Of a DNA stretch of 64,000 nucleotides, positions 12,431 through 24,471 are shown in pieces (the first letter of the stretch is position 1; every line of letters starts with the position of its first letter). Position numbers and translations under genes: made by a program. Under the pieces are notes generated by a model. It searched no databases, was not told the DNA's origin, and saw nothing but the letters and a program-made list of their open reading frames with translations. Source of the stretch: Epiperipatus broadwayi. Lineage: Eukaryota; Animalia; Onychophora. The DNA is taken from positions 12,400,001-12,464,000 of the forward strand of contig JAQFVV010000010.1 of NCBI GenBank assembly GCA_028023455.1, read 5' to 3'.

Positions 12431-13300
12431 CTTAGCGTCAAACTTGGAGTAGCCGTGGAACAGATAATTTGATTTATATTTATTTTCGAATATCATTTGT
12501 AAAAATCTCTATTACATTAAAACGAACGTCTCGAATTCAAACTTATTGTTTGAAAAAATAAAATGCCACACATAAAAAACTGATAAAATTAGTATATACA
12601 GATGGCAGACACCATGGGAAGCAGGCAGCTAAACACGTGAACTACCAAACTAATAAGCAACCTTCTGAAACGACCTTGAACTGCTAATAAAGAAAATTAA
12701 TGATTTATATGAAAGTATAATCGAAAATGAGTTTTTTCTAGTTTGAAATATTGAACAACATTATATTTGATGTTTTAATTCAATTTATCGATTATTTTTA
12801 ATGCTATAACAATTTATTTTAAACTGTATTTCAAATAACTTATAAAAATATACTTCTACAGAAAAATATAAATTTACGTTAAAATAAGATATAGAACTAA
12901 AAAATAGAAACAAGAGTAGTATACAGGGATTTCAAAAATTACATTAAATCTTTTGTCTTTTATTAATGGATCCCATCATACATTCTTCAATATTACTTTA
13001 TAAAAGTAAGACATTTGTAGACTAATAAAATTCTTACTTGTTATTCATAAAATTATATTTATCTAATCATAAAAATAATCGCCGAATGTATTTATTAGAA
13101 TAATTTTTTAATGCAAAATTTCAAGATGGCATTTCAAAAAGCAAAACAGCTGATTGCTGGGTGAGATACTAGTACCATCTAGCGACAAATAAAACTAAAT
13201 ACGAATTGTCAAATAAAAACTGGTTGTTTGTTTATAAAAAAAAATACCGATATAATAAAGACTTCGGAAAAAAAAAAATCTTTTTGAAGTGAAGGTGAAA
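12431..13300. promoter_or_regulatory. Probable 5' exon and promoter of the minus-strand gene, possibly bidirectional
   Basis: Locally CpG-rich by eye; minus-strand donor at 12430; YY1-like CAAGATGGC near 13123; plus-strand donor-like TGG|GTGAGA near 13161. Confidence 0.4.
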
Positions 13301-14469
13301 TTGAACGAATACTAAAAATTAAAAACGCACACGTATACACACATATTTCTCTAAATAAAATAGATTTATCCTTTTTTTTTTTTGATTTATCCTTTATTTC
13401 TATTAACTAGAGAAAGTTATATCTAAATTACTAACTGGGTTAACAGGTGGCGAATAATGGAATAACGTTTAGATATGATGATTAACTGTAAATAATAAGT
13501 ACCGACCGAAATGGCTTCTTGTTGCCTAGCAGAATAAGATATTAATGAACGTCTCACACTATCAGTTATCTCTACGCATTAACTGCGATAATAGGACATA
13601 TATCCATGCAACCTCATTTCCATTCTTTAAATACACACACAACAATTTTGACTCCAATATAATTTTCTTTTTCTTAGTGCACAAGTCTTCGGTGTTAAGA
13701 ACGCAACGATAGAGATTGGGAGTCTTTGTGATCTTCCAATAGGGGCAAACTCAATGAATAATTTTGAAATGGATTTGAAACATAAGTTTTAACAAGGTAA
13801 AATAACTTTTAGATTCCTTACAACTGATAAAAGTAGAAGGACTTTAAAAACTATCTAAATATTTTCTGTATCACACAATCTGTCTTGATCACCATAATTA
13901 GTGAATTATTCAGCAAAATAGTAAAAATAATTATAAAATCAGAAATGACAATAGTGTAAATAGGAAGATAATGATAATTTTAATTTTTTTTCTAAACACA
14001 TTAAACTATCAATCAATTATTTCTCAAGTGAATAGAAAAAATAAATGTTACATATGTAAAAATAACAGAATGGATTCCTATTAAAAAAAGATAAGTAAAA
14101 ACAATTATTTTATGGAAATGCAGAATATATAAAATACAATTTAAGTATCAACTTTAAAACTCAGATATTATAATTCAAGACATCCTCTATTTATTATTTG
14201 CAAAATATGTGTATACCTATATATATTCTAATAATTTTAAGAAACCCATAATATAAGATAAAAGGCATTACTTGCAAATTTGCTTTGAAAACATTCCTGG
14301 GAATTGTGACATTATTATAGTAACATATACTGCAGCTTGTAGAATTTTAATGCCATAATTACCATAAATTGGAGTTAATATTAATTATGAAAGTTTTTTT
14401 TTTCTTAAATAAAGACATAGAAAAATGAGTATAGCGTTATAAATAAATAAGATGTAGATGTATATATGA

Positions 14470-16010
14470 TATTCTATAAATATTTCTTCAGTGATTAAAG
14501 CATCAAGGTATAGATCCAGGCTATTGTCATATTTTAAAGAATATTTATAAAAATACAACAGCAACAATTAGATTACATAATGATACTGGGAAAGTCAAAA
14601 TTGAGAAGGTTGTAATTCAGGGTGACCCCATATCTCCAAAACTTTTTACAACAGTGCTGCAAGAAATATTTGTAGATTAAAATGGGAAGCTAAAGGAGTA
14701 AAAGTAAATGAATATTATTTAAGTCATTTAGATTTTGCAGATGATGTAGTTGTTTTTGCAAATAATGCTTTAGAGCTGCAGGAAATGTTGCAGGAATTAT
14801 CAGATGAAAATAGGAAAGTAGGACTAAAGATAAATGTTAAAAAGTCTAAAGTAATGTTTAATGGATTTTCTCAAAATATGAAAATAAAGATTGATTATGA
14901 TGAGTTAGAAGAAGTTAACAGTTACAAATATCTTGGTCAGATTATTAATACAGATGGAAACATAATGAATGAAATTAATCATAGAATTAAACTTGTTTGG
15001 AGTGCTTTTGATAGAAATAACTTGATATTAAAAGGAAATTGTTGTATTCGTTGTTTACAAGAGACAATTTACTCCAGAAGTTTTCACTTATTTTAGTTGA
15101 AATAAAAATAACTGGTTAAAGTTAAATAATTATAATGGAAATAATTATAATTGAAAACAAGCTGTGGGGATTTATTTTAATAAAAATAATTAATGAAAGT
15201 TCAATAATTATAATGAAAATAATTATAATTAAAAACAAGCTAATTAAAGTTAAGAACAATCAAAACTGAGAGATGTTGCAGATAAGACTTAAATAAAAGA
15301 ACCCAGGGGGATATAAAAACTGTGAGAGGGAAACATCGTGCACTTGTTACAGTTTTGTTTAACAAAAAAAGTTGGATATGTATCAAGCTGTTAGAACTAT
15401 TTGGGGAACAACTGTTTTAAGAATTGTTTCAGCAGAGTTCCAGATATTTAGTTATAATTCTTGTCCTCGTTTATATTATTTATCGGACTGTATGTTCTTT
15501 TCTACCCCTCTGAAAAACTTGGGGGCGAAGACCTTACAGAAATATGCCTATGTGTTTGAAAAGAAAGGTTTTAAATAAATGTGTTTTACCAGTTCTTACT
15601 TATGGATCTGAGACTTGGATACTTAAGAGAAGAGCAAGACAGAGACTTCAGACCACTCAAAGAAGTATAGAGAGGTGCATGTTGGGCGTAACAAAAAGAG
15701 ATCGAAGACACAATATATAGGTAAGAGAACAAACAGGTGTCACTGATCTCATTGAAAAAATTAAAAGACTGAAGTGGAGTTGGGTTGGACATATTTCTAG
15801 AAGAGATGATAATAGATGGACAATTGAAATCTTAAACTGGATTACAAGAGATTGTAAAAGATCCAGAAAGAGACCACATGTGAGAAGGATGGATGAAATA
15901 AGAAAGTGTGCAAGGGTGATGTGGAGAAGAGAAGCTAAATATCGGAGAAGATGGATTGAACTTGGAGAGACCTTCATCCTGCAGTGGATTGATAATGGTT
16001 GTTGATGATG
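14470..16010 (+). mobile_element. 5'-truncated RTE-clade LINE (RT and C-terminus), interrupted by a solo LTR
   Basis: QGDPISPKLF, HLDFADD, VGLKINVKKSKVM, LPVLTYGSETW, LKWSWVGHISR motifs; one frameshift near 14670; TGATGATGAC tail. Confidence 0.9.
15040..15538. mobile_element. Solo LTR inserted in the RTE ORF
   Basis: TGT...ACA termini and a 5-bp TSD GAAAT (15035-15039, 15539-15543). Removing the insert restores the RTE frame (LKGN/MPMCLKRKV). Confidence 0.85.
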
Positions 16011-16017
16011 ACAATAT

Positions 16018-16392
16018 TGTTAAAATAAAGTTAATTACAGAAAATAATTACCGCACAACATTTACATAATTATTCACTCTAACAAAATTTACAGAATTAG
16101 CATGGACTGAACTTAATTTAGTTATGCAAATTAACTACAAATATGCAAAACACAAACACTAAAAAAACAGCAGCAGACAGAATAAACGTGTGTGCAAAAG
16201 CTTAAAAAATCAGATGTAGATTTTCTTATTCTCAAGTAGTATATACACAGAAGTAATATATACATTACAAAAAATGTTTAAGTTAGAGACTGCTTCAATT
16301 AAAGATTTATAATTAGTTTATCTACTTATATATATATATATTTATTGTGAGTGTAATAAACTCATTTTTCTTTTATTTATGTTGTTTGTTTA
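16018..16392 (+). repeat. Direct repeat copy 1 (about 370 bp) flanking the gypsy remnant; possible LTR
   Basis: Colinear with 19001-19364 and moderately diverged; starts TGTT(A/G)AAATAAA. Confidence 0.8.
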
Positions 16393-16409
16393 TTTTAGTG
16401 TGAGCCAAC

Positions 16410-18850
16410 TGTTATGCATATCCCCCAGCAAGAGAATATCTGAAGTACAGCAGGGTGACTATAGTCAACAAGATAACCAAGTTTTAGCAGAGTGGCTGCA
16501 GATAACGGGAGACCTGAAGTTCAGCAGAGTAGCGTCGGTCAACAGAAGAATTTGTGCAAACAACATAAGTTTACTATGGGTTATTAGCATGCCAATATTG
16601 TAAATGAAAGAACTTCTATGTTTCTATATAAATTAAACTCTGAAAATGGCATTTCACAATAATGTTAAGGAATTTGATGTTCGCGATGCAGCAAATTCAT
16701 GTTTGCATGTGAAGCACATAGAGAAATATATGCTCATTAATAAAATAGAATATGACAACCTAAAGATAGTGATGCCGATACAGCTGATAGGCAAAGATAT
16801 TCTGCAAATGGCAGAAAAACTTCGTGAACCAAAGCCTCCAGAAGAAGTAGTGTGCCTCGAGCTTAAAGAAAAATTAAGTGCATGCTTCAAACCGATGATG
16901 TCTAAATGGGTGTCATGTCTATGTTTTAGAAAAAAGAAAAACAAGCATCAAATGAGAGGTATCAGCAATATGATATAGCAGTGTGAGATTTAGCAAAGCT
17001 CTGTGAATTTAGTGTTGAATTGGACGACGTAATCTTTGGTCAGTGGTTATGGAGGATGATTGACAAGAAATTACATTCTTTCCTCGGTGAATTAGCTTTG
17101 ACATATAAGCAATAAAGGATAAATGTATAACACAAGAGTTTCTCATGGAAGACGCTGCAGAATTTCAAAATAATAAAGATGTAGCATGATATAAAATGAT
17201 GGTAAATAAAGCTGACATTCAGACTCCAAGCTGACGAAACTGGATGAAGTCTTTTGCATGCTATTGTTGTGGTGAGAAGAGACACTTAAAGAATGCCTGT
17301 AAATTTAAAAATATTAAATGTCTCATTTATAAGAAAACCTATCATTTACAGTGTGTTTGTCACACAAGAGATAAAGTTAGAAAAAGTGAGTTATGCACAA
17401 TTTCAAATCATGGGGAGGAGGACTCAAAGAGTAAAGTTGAAGTAAACACAATAAACATAGTAGATAATAAACACATTTATTTAAACATACAAATTCTTGG
17501 ACAAAAAAAAAACAATGTGGAAATTGACAGCAGTGCAAGATTCTCTTAATTTCTGTAAAAGATTGGACAAAGGTGAGAAATAATGTTACCGTAGAAAAAG
17601 TAGAGGTTATAGCCATGTACGTAAATGAGATTGATATACGAGGTAAAATAATAGTATCAGTTAAACTAAAGGTCAAAATAAAATTACTGTGGTAGTACAT
17701 TGTAAAAAAAATCTTATTCCAATCTTAAGAAGAAATCAGTTTCGGCCACTAGGAATTTGGGTAAAGCAAAAAAATACAGACAATTTACAATGGTATTGTA
17801 AATCATGGGGAGAAATCTGGGCTGGCAAAAGAGACAGTAAAAACATGAATAGGCAGATTGTGCAAACTGTCAAGTGTTGTATAAACCATCACTTTCCTGT
17901 TATAATGTTTCCAAAGAAGCTAGAACCTTGGAAGAAGGCAAGCTGCAGGAAAGACTCCATATAGATCATGCTGGCCCATTTAATGGAAATACATTCTGGA
18001 TACTGATAAACTTACTCAAAAATGATAAAGTACAAAACAGTATGAGTGCGGGAAATGATGTGAAAACTTTAAATGAAATTTTCACGTATCATGGTTATAC
18101 CGAATTATTGTTTCAGATAATGGAATTGGTTTCACGTCTGATTTGTTTAAAGACATTTTAAAAACTAAGGGAATTTACCATGTAATAACCCCCTCCCCTC
18201 CTTTAATTCAGACTCTAATGGCCTGGCAGAGTAAGCAGTATAGCATTTGAAACAGGTGCTAAAAATACTTTGTATATGACATTAACGAAGCTATAACCAA
18301 TGCTATGTTCTATCAACATTTCACTATTTGTATGACAACAAAAATGACACCAGTTTGAGATGTTTTTGCACCTAAAATAGTGAACTCATCTGTCGGTATT
18401 AATGCCTAATAATAGTGCATTGATGCATACTTAGGTAAAGTAAGTTATAAAGCTGGTGATGCTGTATGGATATGGGACATGTTAACGAGAAAATGGTTTC
18501 CAGGAGTAAAAACCAGAATTATTTCAAGGCAATTAAGAGAAATGCAAACTTCAAATGATAGAATGGTGAGATAATACCGAAATCATTTGAGAGTTTGCTA
18601 TCCGGAATTGGCAGAACCAAGTGTTAGTGCTAATTCAATGATAAATGAAACTGCTTTTCTAAAAGTAGAGGGAAGTACTGTTATAACAAAAGAACTGGTA
18701 GACTTAACTTTAAATAATGAGAATTTCTTATCTGAGAAAAATGATTTGTTAAATGAATTAGGGATTTGTCCAGAAGTAGATTTATCCCCTTCAAAATAGT
18801 CTTCACAAGAAGAAGAGAAAGTTGCCAAGCAAGAGGAGAGAAAAGAATTT
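16410..18850 (+). mobile_element. Ty3/gypsy LTR-retrotransposon remnant (gag, protease, integrase; RT/RNase H largely deleted)
   Basis: Gag-like ORF 16646-16978; CCHC knuckle CYCCGEKRHLKNAC; protease-like VEIDSSARFS; integrase RLHIDHAGPFNG and SNGLAE; many stops and frameshifts. Confidence 0.85.
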
Positions 18851-19000
18851 TTTTTTGTCTAGATCTGTTCAGAAAGCAAAAAATCCAAAAGACTGCAAGA
18901 TTATTTTTTTGTAAAAAAAATTATAATTTTCTAGAAAGAATTGAAATGTATATGGTGTTATATATAAACAAGTGTGCATGTATATATTCATATGTGATAT

Positions 19001-19364
19001 TGTTGAAATAAATAGTTTTATTACAGAAAATAATTACTGCACAACATTTACATAATTATTCACTCTGACAAAATTTACAAGAAATTAGCATGGACTGAAC
19101 TTAAATTAGTTATGCAAATTAAATATATATATGCCGAACACATACACTAAAGCAGCAATAGACAGAGTGTGTGCGCAAAAGTTTAAAAAATCAGATGTAT
19201 GTTTTCTTATTCTCAAGTAATGTGTATACAGAAATAATATATAAACTGTATTATGTCAGAGACGGTTTCAATTAAAGATTTATAATTGCTTCACCTACCT
19301 ATATATATATTATTGTGAGTATAATTAACTCACATTTTATTTATTCGATGTTGTTGTTTGTTTA
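19001..19364 (+). repeat. Direct repeat copy 2 flanking the gypsy remnant
   Basis: Colinear with 16018-16392; 3' hairpin GTGAGT-ATAATTA-ACTCAC. Confidence 0.8.
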
Positions 19365-22300
19365 CTTAATTGCAACTCTGCTAGTATACATATACCCTGG
19401 AATACTCAGCACATAGTCATTACATTGTCTTTCGCTGACTGCAAGAGACAATCAAACTTGAATCAGCAGAGTTGCAATACAAATACTATGACAGTATGCT
19501 CAGAAGTGACCGCATGTTGTCTAGTAATGAACAATGACATTGCCATACAAATATTACATGCTATTTATAAGCTGAATACTGCTTCTTTATTAGATATGAA
19601 CTGTCAATATTTAAAACAGTCTCTAACCCCTAGTAAACATAAACTTCAATGGAACATTTTACAGATTGTGTTATTGCATATTTAGATATTTTCCATCAGA
19701 ATAATACACGATTACAATCATATATATTAACCTGCTAAACAATTTTCCTATCAATATCTGCAAATAATTCACCAGTTTGATCTCTGGACCTCTCATTCAT
19801 CAATCATTTATGCGATTTTATTGACAATGCCTATATACTCCTAAAAGATTCTGCAATCTTAAAGAATTAATTGTTGATTGGCTAACATAAAGTAGCCAAT
19901 CATAGAATATTAATAGGTATTTATTGCTAGCTATTTCATGTTTGACTGCATTGCATATCATGAAGTCACACAAACATAACATGATTCTATATATTTGACT
20001 GTTTAAATTAGTGTTTTAAAAACCAAATTTTATTCATATTTGTGCTATTCCTTCTACGAGGGCAACTTCTAGAGAGAGAGAGAAAACAACATTTCCTAAC
20101 ATTCTGCAAAATCTGAAAATGAAATTTCCCTTGTTATTGCAATAATAAGCTGTAACATTTTTTGACTGATATTAGTAGAAAACAAATGGAGTCTTTATAG
20201 AAACTAGACTGAAACAAATATTGATAAGTAGTAAACTTGATTTAGTGCCCATATATATTGTACCTAACTGAAGTTTCATTTAGTTCCAATAGGTGATCAA
20301 GGTTATCTTAGCTTAATCTTTTGTTTAAAATTTCAGATTAAAATAAAAATAATGATGATAAAAATGGAAATTAACTTAGTTAATGATTAAAATAGGATAA
20401 TCTAAATATTTCAATAGTATTACTTTGATAAGGGATGCTAGATAATAATTTGAATTAAAAGAAATATCAGAAATAGTTCGGAATCCATAAATAATATTAA
20501 ATGTATTTTAAAATAACTACTGTATAATTCATTTTAATGTCTAAATTATAATAATTAGATATTGGAAATAAATATTTTAAATAATATTCAGTAATAAATT
20601 TAAAAATAATCTGTAAATTATTTTTTAAGACAGTATAATATTACTTATTAGAAGTAAGTAAATGTAGCATTCCACTTATAAAATTATTTTGAATTAAATA
20701 TTCATTAACATTTTATTGTTGTAGTTTTAAAAATAACTTTTAAACAATTAATGTGCTTCATATCATGTATGTGAGAATATGTGTGCATGCAAGAATGATA
20801 TGTAAACATAAGAATAAAAAAATGATTTAATTCCAATATTGATTAAAAAAATAAAACAAATGAATGAGTAGAATTATTAGAATGAAATATTATTATTAAA
20901 AATAATACATAGCGTTCATTAATAATGAATTTTTCACTTTGCAGCTGGGAGTCATGTAGTATGATATAATAAGACTAATTACGTCAGTAAATTGATTTTA
21001 CAGTTGAATTGTCAAGAATATTAGAGTTTAAAAAAATAATTTCATTGGTTTAAACCAAGGAATTGATCAAAGGGGGGGGGGGTATTAAAGATTATAATAT
21101 AAAACAGGGATCTAGGTGTCATTCAGGGGCTGATCTGATTTTTAATTCTCCAAGTAGTTGAATCCTAGAATTTCTATAATAAAAAGTTGTAATTTTATAA
21201 AACTATTATTTTAAAAGTAAAAGTATGATTTTTAAAATAACTATATAAAATCGTCTTGTAGAAATGAAGTGCTAAATTTTAAAAAGGTAATCCATTTTCT
21301 GATAATTAAATTACAATTGAAACATTAAAATTACAGTAAAATATTTGAAGAAAATGCAGCGTCTCATATTTCATCTACTTTTGATCTATTCATTTTTCTT
21401 TATTTAGAAGTAAAACTTAAATCATTAAGTATTGTTATGGCTAAAGAATTTATGGCACTAAACTATAGTATATCTCCTATCAAATTAAAAATACAAGTGA
21501 AGAAGAAATTAAAAAAAAAAACATTCAAACATTTTAAAATATTAAAATGGAAATGCATCAGCGTCTTTATAAATTAAAATTGACGTTAAATTTAATACTG
21601 CCTTATTAATACATGATATATACATGTAAATATGCTCTTAACAGAATAATGTTTCTGAGGAAAATATGTATTTTAAAATACTAATTCTCATTTATGCCAA
21701 TAGTATGAAAAGAATTTGTTTGGAAGTAAAACTTTAAAAGAATTTAAAAATATTATTAATGAACTTGTCTCTGTCAAATACATAATGTTTTGTTATAGTT
21801 GCCAGTACTTATAAGTAACTTTATGACCATTGATTTTAGCTCATAAACCGAGGAATGTCTTAATTATAAAAGAAATCTACTCTTATGTTTAAAAAAATAA
21901 AAGGAAATTTGTTTAAAAAAATACATTTTGAAATATTAAGAAATGTTTTAAAAAAAGAGCTCTATTTAAAAAAAATGTGTTTATCTAAAGAAGAACAGTG
22001 AAAGTTAACTAAAAATATATATTATAATTATTCAGCGTTTGAACCTAGGATTATAAATATAGAAAAAATGTACTCAGCTGAAGAATTTATTTTTTTCAAT
22101 GCCGGCTTATTTTACTTATACTTATGCTTATTATACTTATGCTACTCAGCTGAAGAATTTATTTTCCAATGCCAACTTATGTTTATGCTTATGATATTTT
22201 ATTATTTTAATATTTAAAATTATCTTTAAAGATAAAAAAGTGAAAGTGTTTATATAAAGAACTACTGAATATTTTTGTTTTGGAAACCATTGCCATGTTT

Positions 22301-22772
22301 ATAAATATTTGACTGAAACTTCGAATCCGGATAGATGAATTGACCTGAATACATATTTTTAAACGGAAAAACCATTACGGAGCTAAAATATGACCTTAAG
22401 TTAATGTATTATTATTTTTTTTATTGTTTGTTTTATTGGTTTTAAAAAAATGACACCATAAAAAAATATTTATGCTATATATTTGTGTAACACTTTTGGC
22501 ATAAATATACAGGTAAACTAGGGTTATAATTTTAAAACGTAATATGTCTATTAGAATGAGCAAATGTTTTGCTATTCTCAAGTGAATTTATTTTATTTAT
22601 TAAGCATTTCACAAGCTAGGTTCTGTTTAAAAAAAAAAAAAAAATTCATTTATAGAAAATGTAAATATCACAGTCTTAGTTGTATAAATGGGATGTTTTA
22701 TTCAATTTTATTTTAAATTTACCAAAGAAATTCATCAGAGAGTAATAACTACAAATATTTTTATATGCATCA

Positions 22773-24471
22773 TGTAGTGTTTTGTAAAATGGCAGACATG
22801 CTTGTGCACTCCAGAAAAAACTAGAATTTATTCGTAAGGCTGTTTTTAGATTGCACTGTGATAGCTGAGGAATTTAATTAGTGCATTGACGTAATGGCGA
22901 TCGACAATTCCTAGAAATATTTGCTAATTACAAATGTTTCTAGATAAGAGACGTTACCTTATTGGTCAGTGCATTGATTGATCGTTGCAGTTGTCAGAGA
23001 GCGATAAAAAGACTGGGTAACATCTAGCAGTGTAACATAGAGAGCAGTCAAGCAGTATGGAGTAAGCAGTATTTAAGTAGAGATATCTCGCGTCAGTGCT
23101 GGCGGTTAATGATCAGCACCCAGTGGAAATGTAGTTCACGGGTGTAGCTGAAAGAGACCGCAGCGGAGATATTGAGAGCATTCGTTGGAGAACTTCATTG
23201 CAGACCAATTCGTTGGAGAGCTTCGTTGCAGACCAATTCATTTGGAGAGCTTCGTGGCAGACCAATTCATTGGAGAGCATTCGTTGCAGACCAATTCAGC
23301 GGAGAGATTGCAGACCAATTCGTGGGAGAGCTTCATTGAAGACCAATTCGTTGGAGAGCATTCATTGCAGACCAATTCGTTGGAGAGTTTCGTTGCAGAC
23401 CGATTCGTTGGAGAGCACTCGTTGGAAAAGAACAGCATGGGAATTGTATAACGTTATTTGCTGACCACACAGTATGACTTGCAGTTATAATATTGGCACA
23501 GTCGTAAGTGCGGATATAACATTGGCGCAGTCGCGTTTGGAACCTGGGAGTAGCGAATACATTGAACTACAAGTTTAGCCGTAGACGGAGAAACCGGGTG
23601 AAAATGTCAATCCCAATTAGTAACGTTAACAATGGAAGTGAAAAGTTTGGAAATAAAATGCTTGCGCAGTCACCATTGAAGGTTACTGGCGAAAAAGTTT
23701 CGGCAGCAGAGTTAAATCGTACATTTCTTAGTGAAATTACAGGAAAGTAGGAATAGCAACAAGGGTTTTTCTGGAGTGGAGGGAGGTGTGTAGTGTTTTG
23801 TAAAATGGCAGACATGTTTGTGCACTCCAGAAAAAACTAGAATTTATTCGTAAGGCTGTTTTTAGATCGCGCTCTGATAGCTGAGGAATTTAATTAGTGC
23901 ATTGTCGTAATGGCGATCGACAATTCCTAGAAATATTTGCTAATTACAAATGTTTCTAGATAAGAGATGTTACCTTATTGGTCAGTGCATTGATTGATCG
24001 TTGCAGTTGTCAGAGAGCGATAAAAAGACTGGGTAACATCTAGCAGTGTAACATAGAGAGCAGTCAAGCAGTATTGAGTAAGCAGTATTTAAGTAAAGAT
24101 ATCTCGCGTCAGTGCTGGCGGTTAATGATCAGTGCCCAGTGGAAATGTAGTTCACGGGTGTAGCTGAAAGAGACCGCGGCGGAGATATTGAGAGCATTCG
24201 TTGGAGAGCTTCGTTGCAGACTAATTCGTTTGGAGAGCTTTGTGGCAGACCAATTCGTTGAAGAGCATTCGTTGCAGACCAATTCGTGGGAGACCTTCGT
24301 TGCAGACCAATTCGTTGGAGAGCATTCATTTCAGACCAATTCGTTGGAGAGATTCGTTGCAGACCGATTCATTGGAAAAGAACAGCGTGGGAATTGTATA
24401 ACGTTATTTGCTGACCGCACAGTATGACTTGCAGTTATAACATTGGCACAGTCGTAAGTGCGGATATAACA
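22773..24471 (+). mobile_element. Complete non-autonomous miniature LTR retrotransposon (TRIM-like, with long LTRs)
   Basis: 5' LTR 22773-23521 and 3' LTR 23789-24471 (TGTAG...TAACA, near-identical). PBS TGGCGCAGTCG directly after the 5' LTR; PPT GGAGTGGAGGGAGG at 23773-23786; TSD CATCA/CATCG; internal region only 267 bp. Confidence 0.92.
23175..23425 (+). repeat. 28-bp VNTR inside the 5' LTR (8 units; 6 units in the 3' LTR at about 24190-24375)
   Basis: Unit GAGAGC(A)TTCGTTGCAGACCAATTCGTTG, contiguous with no spacers. Confidence 0.9.

Noticed and set aside
23185-24427. ORFs and CRISPR-like appearance of the 28-bp repeats
   Set aside because: The units are contiguous without unique spacers; the ORFs are translations of an LTR VNTR.
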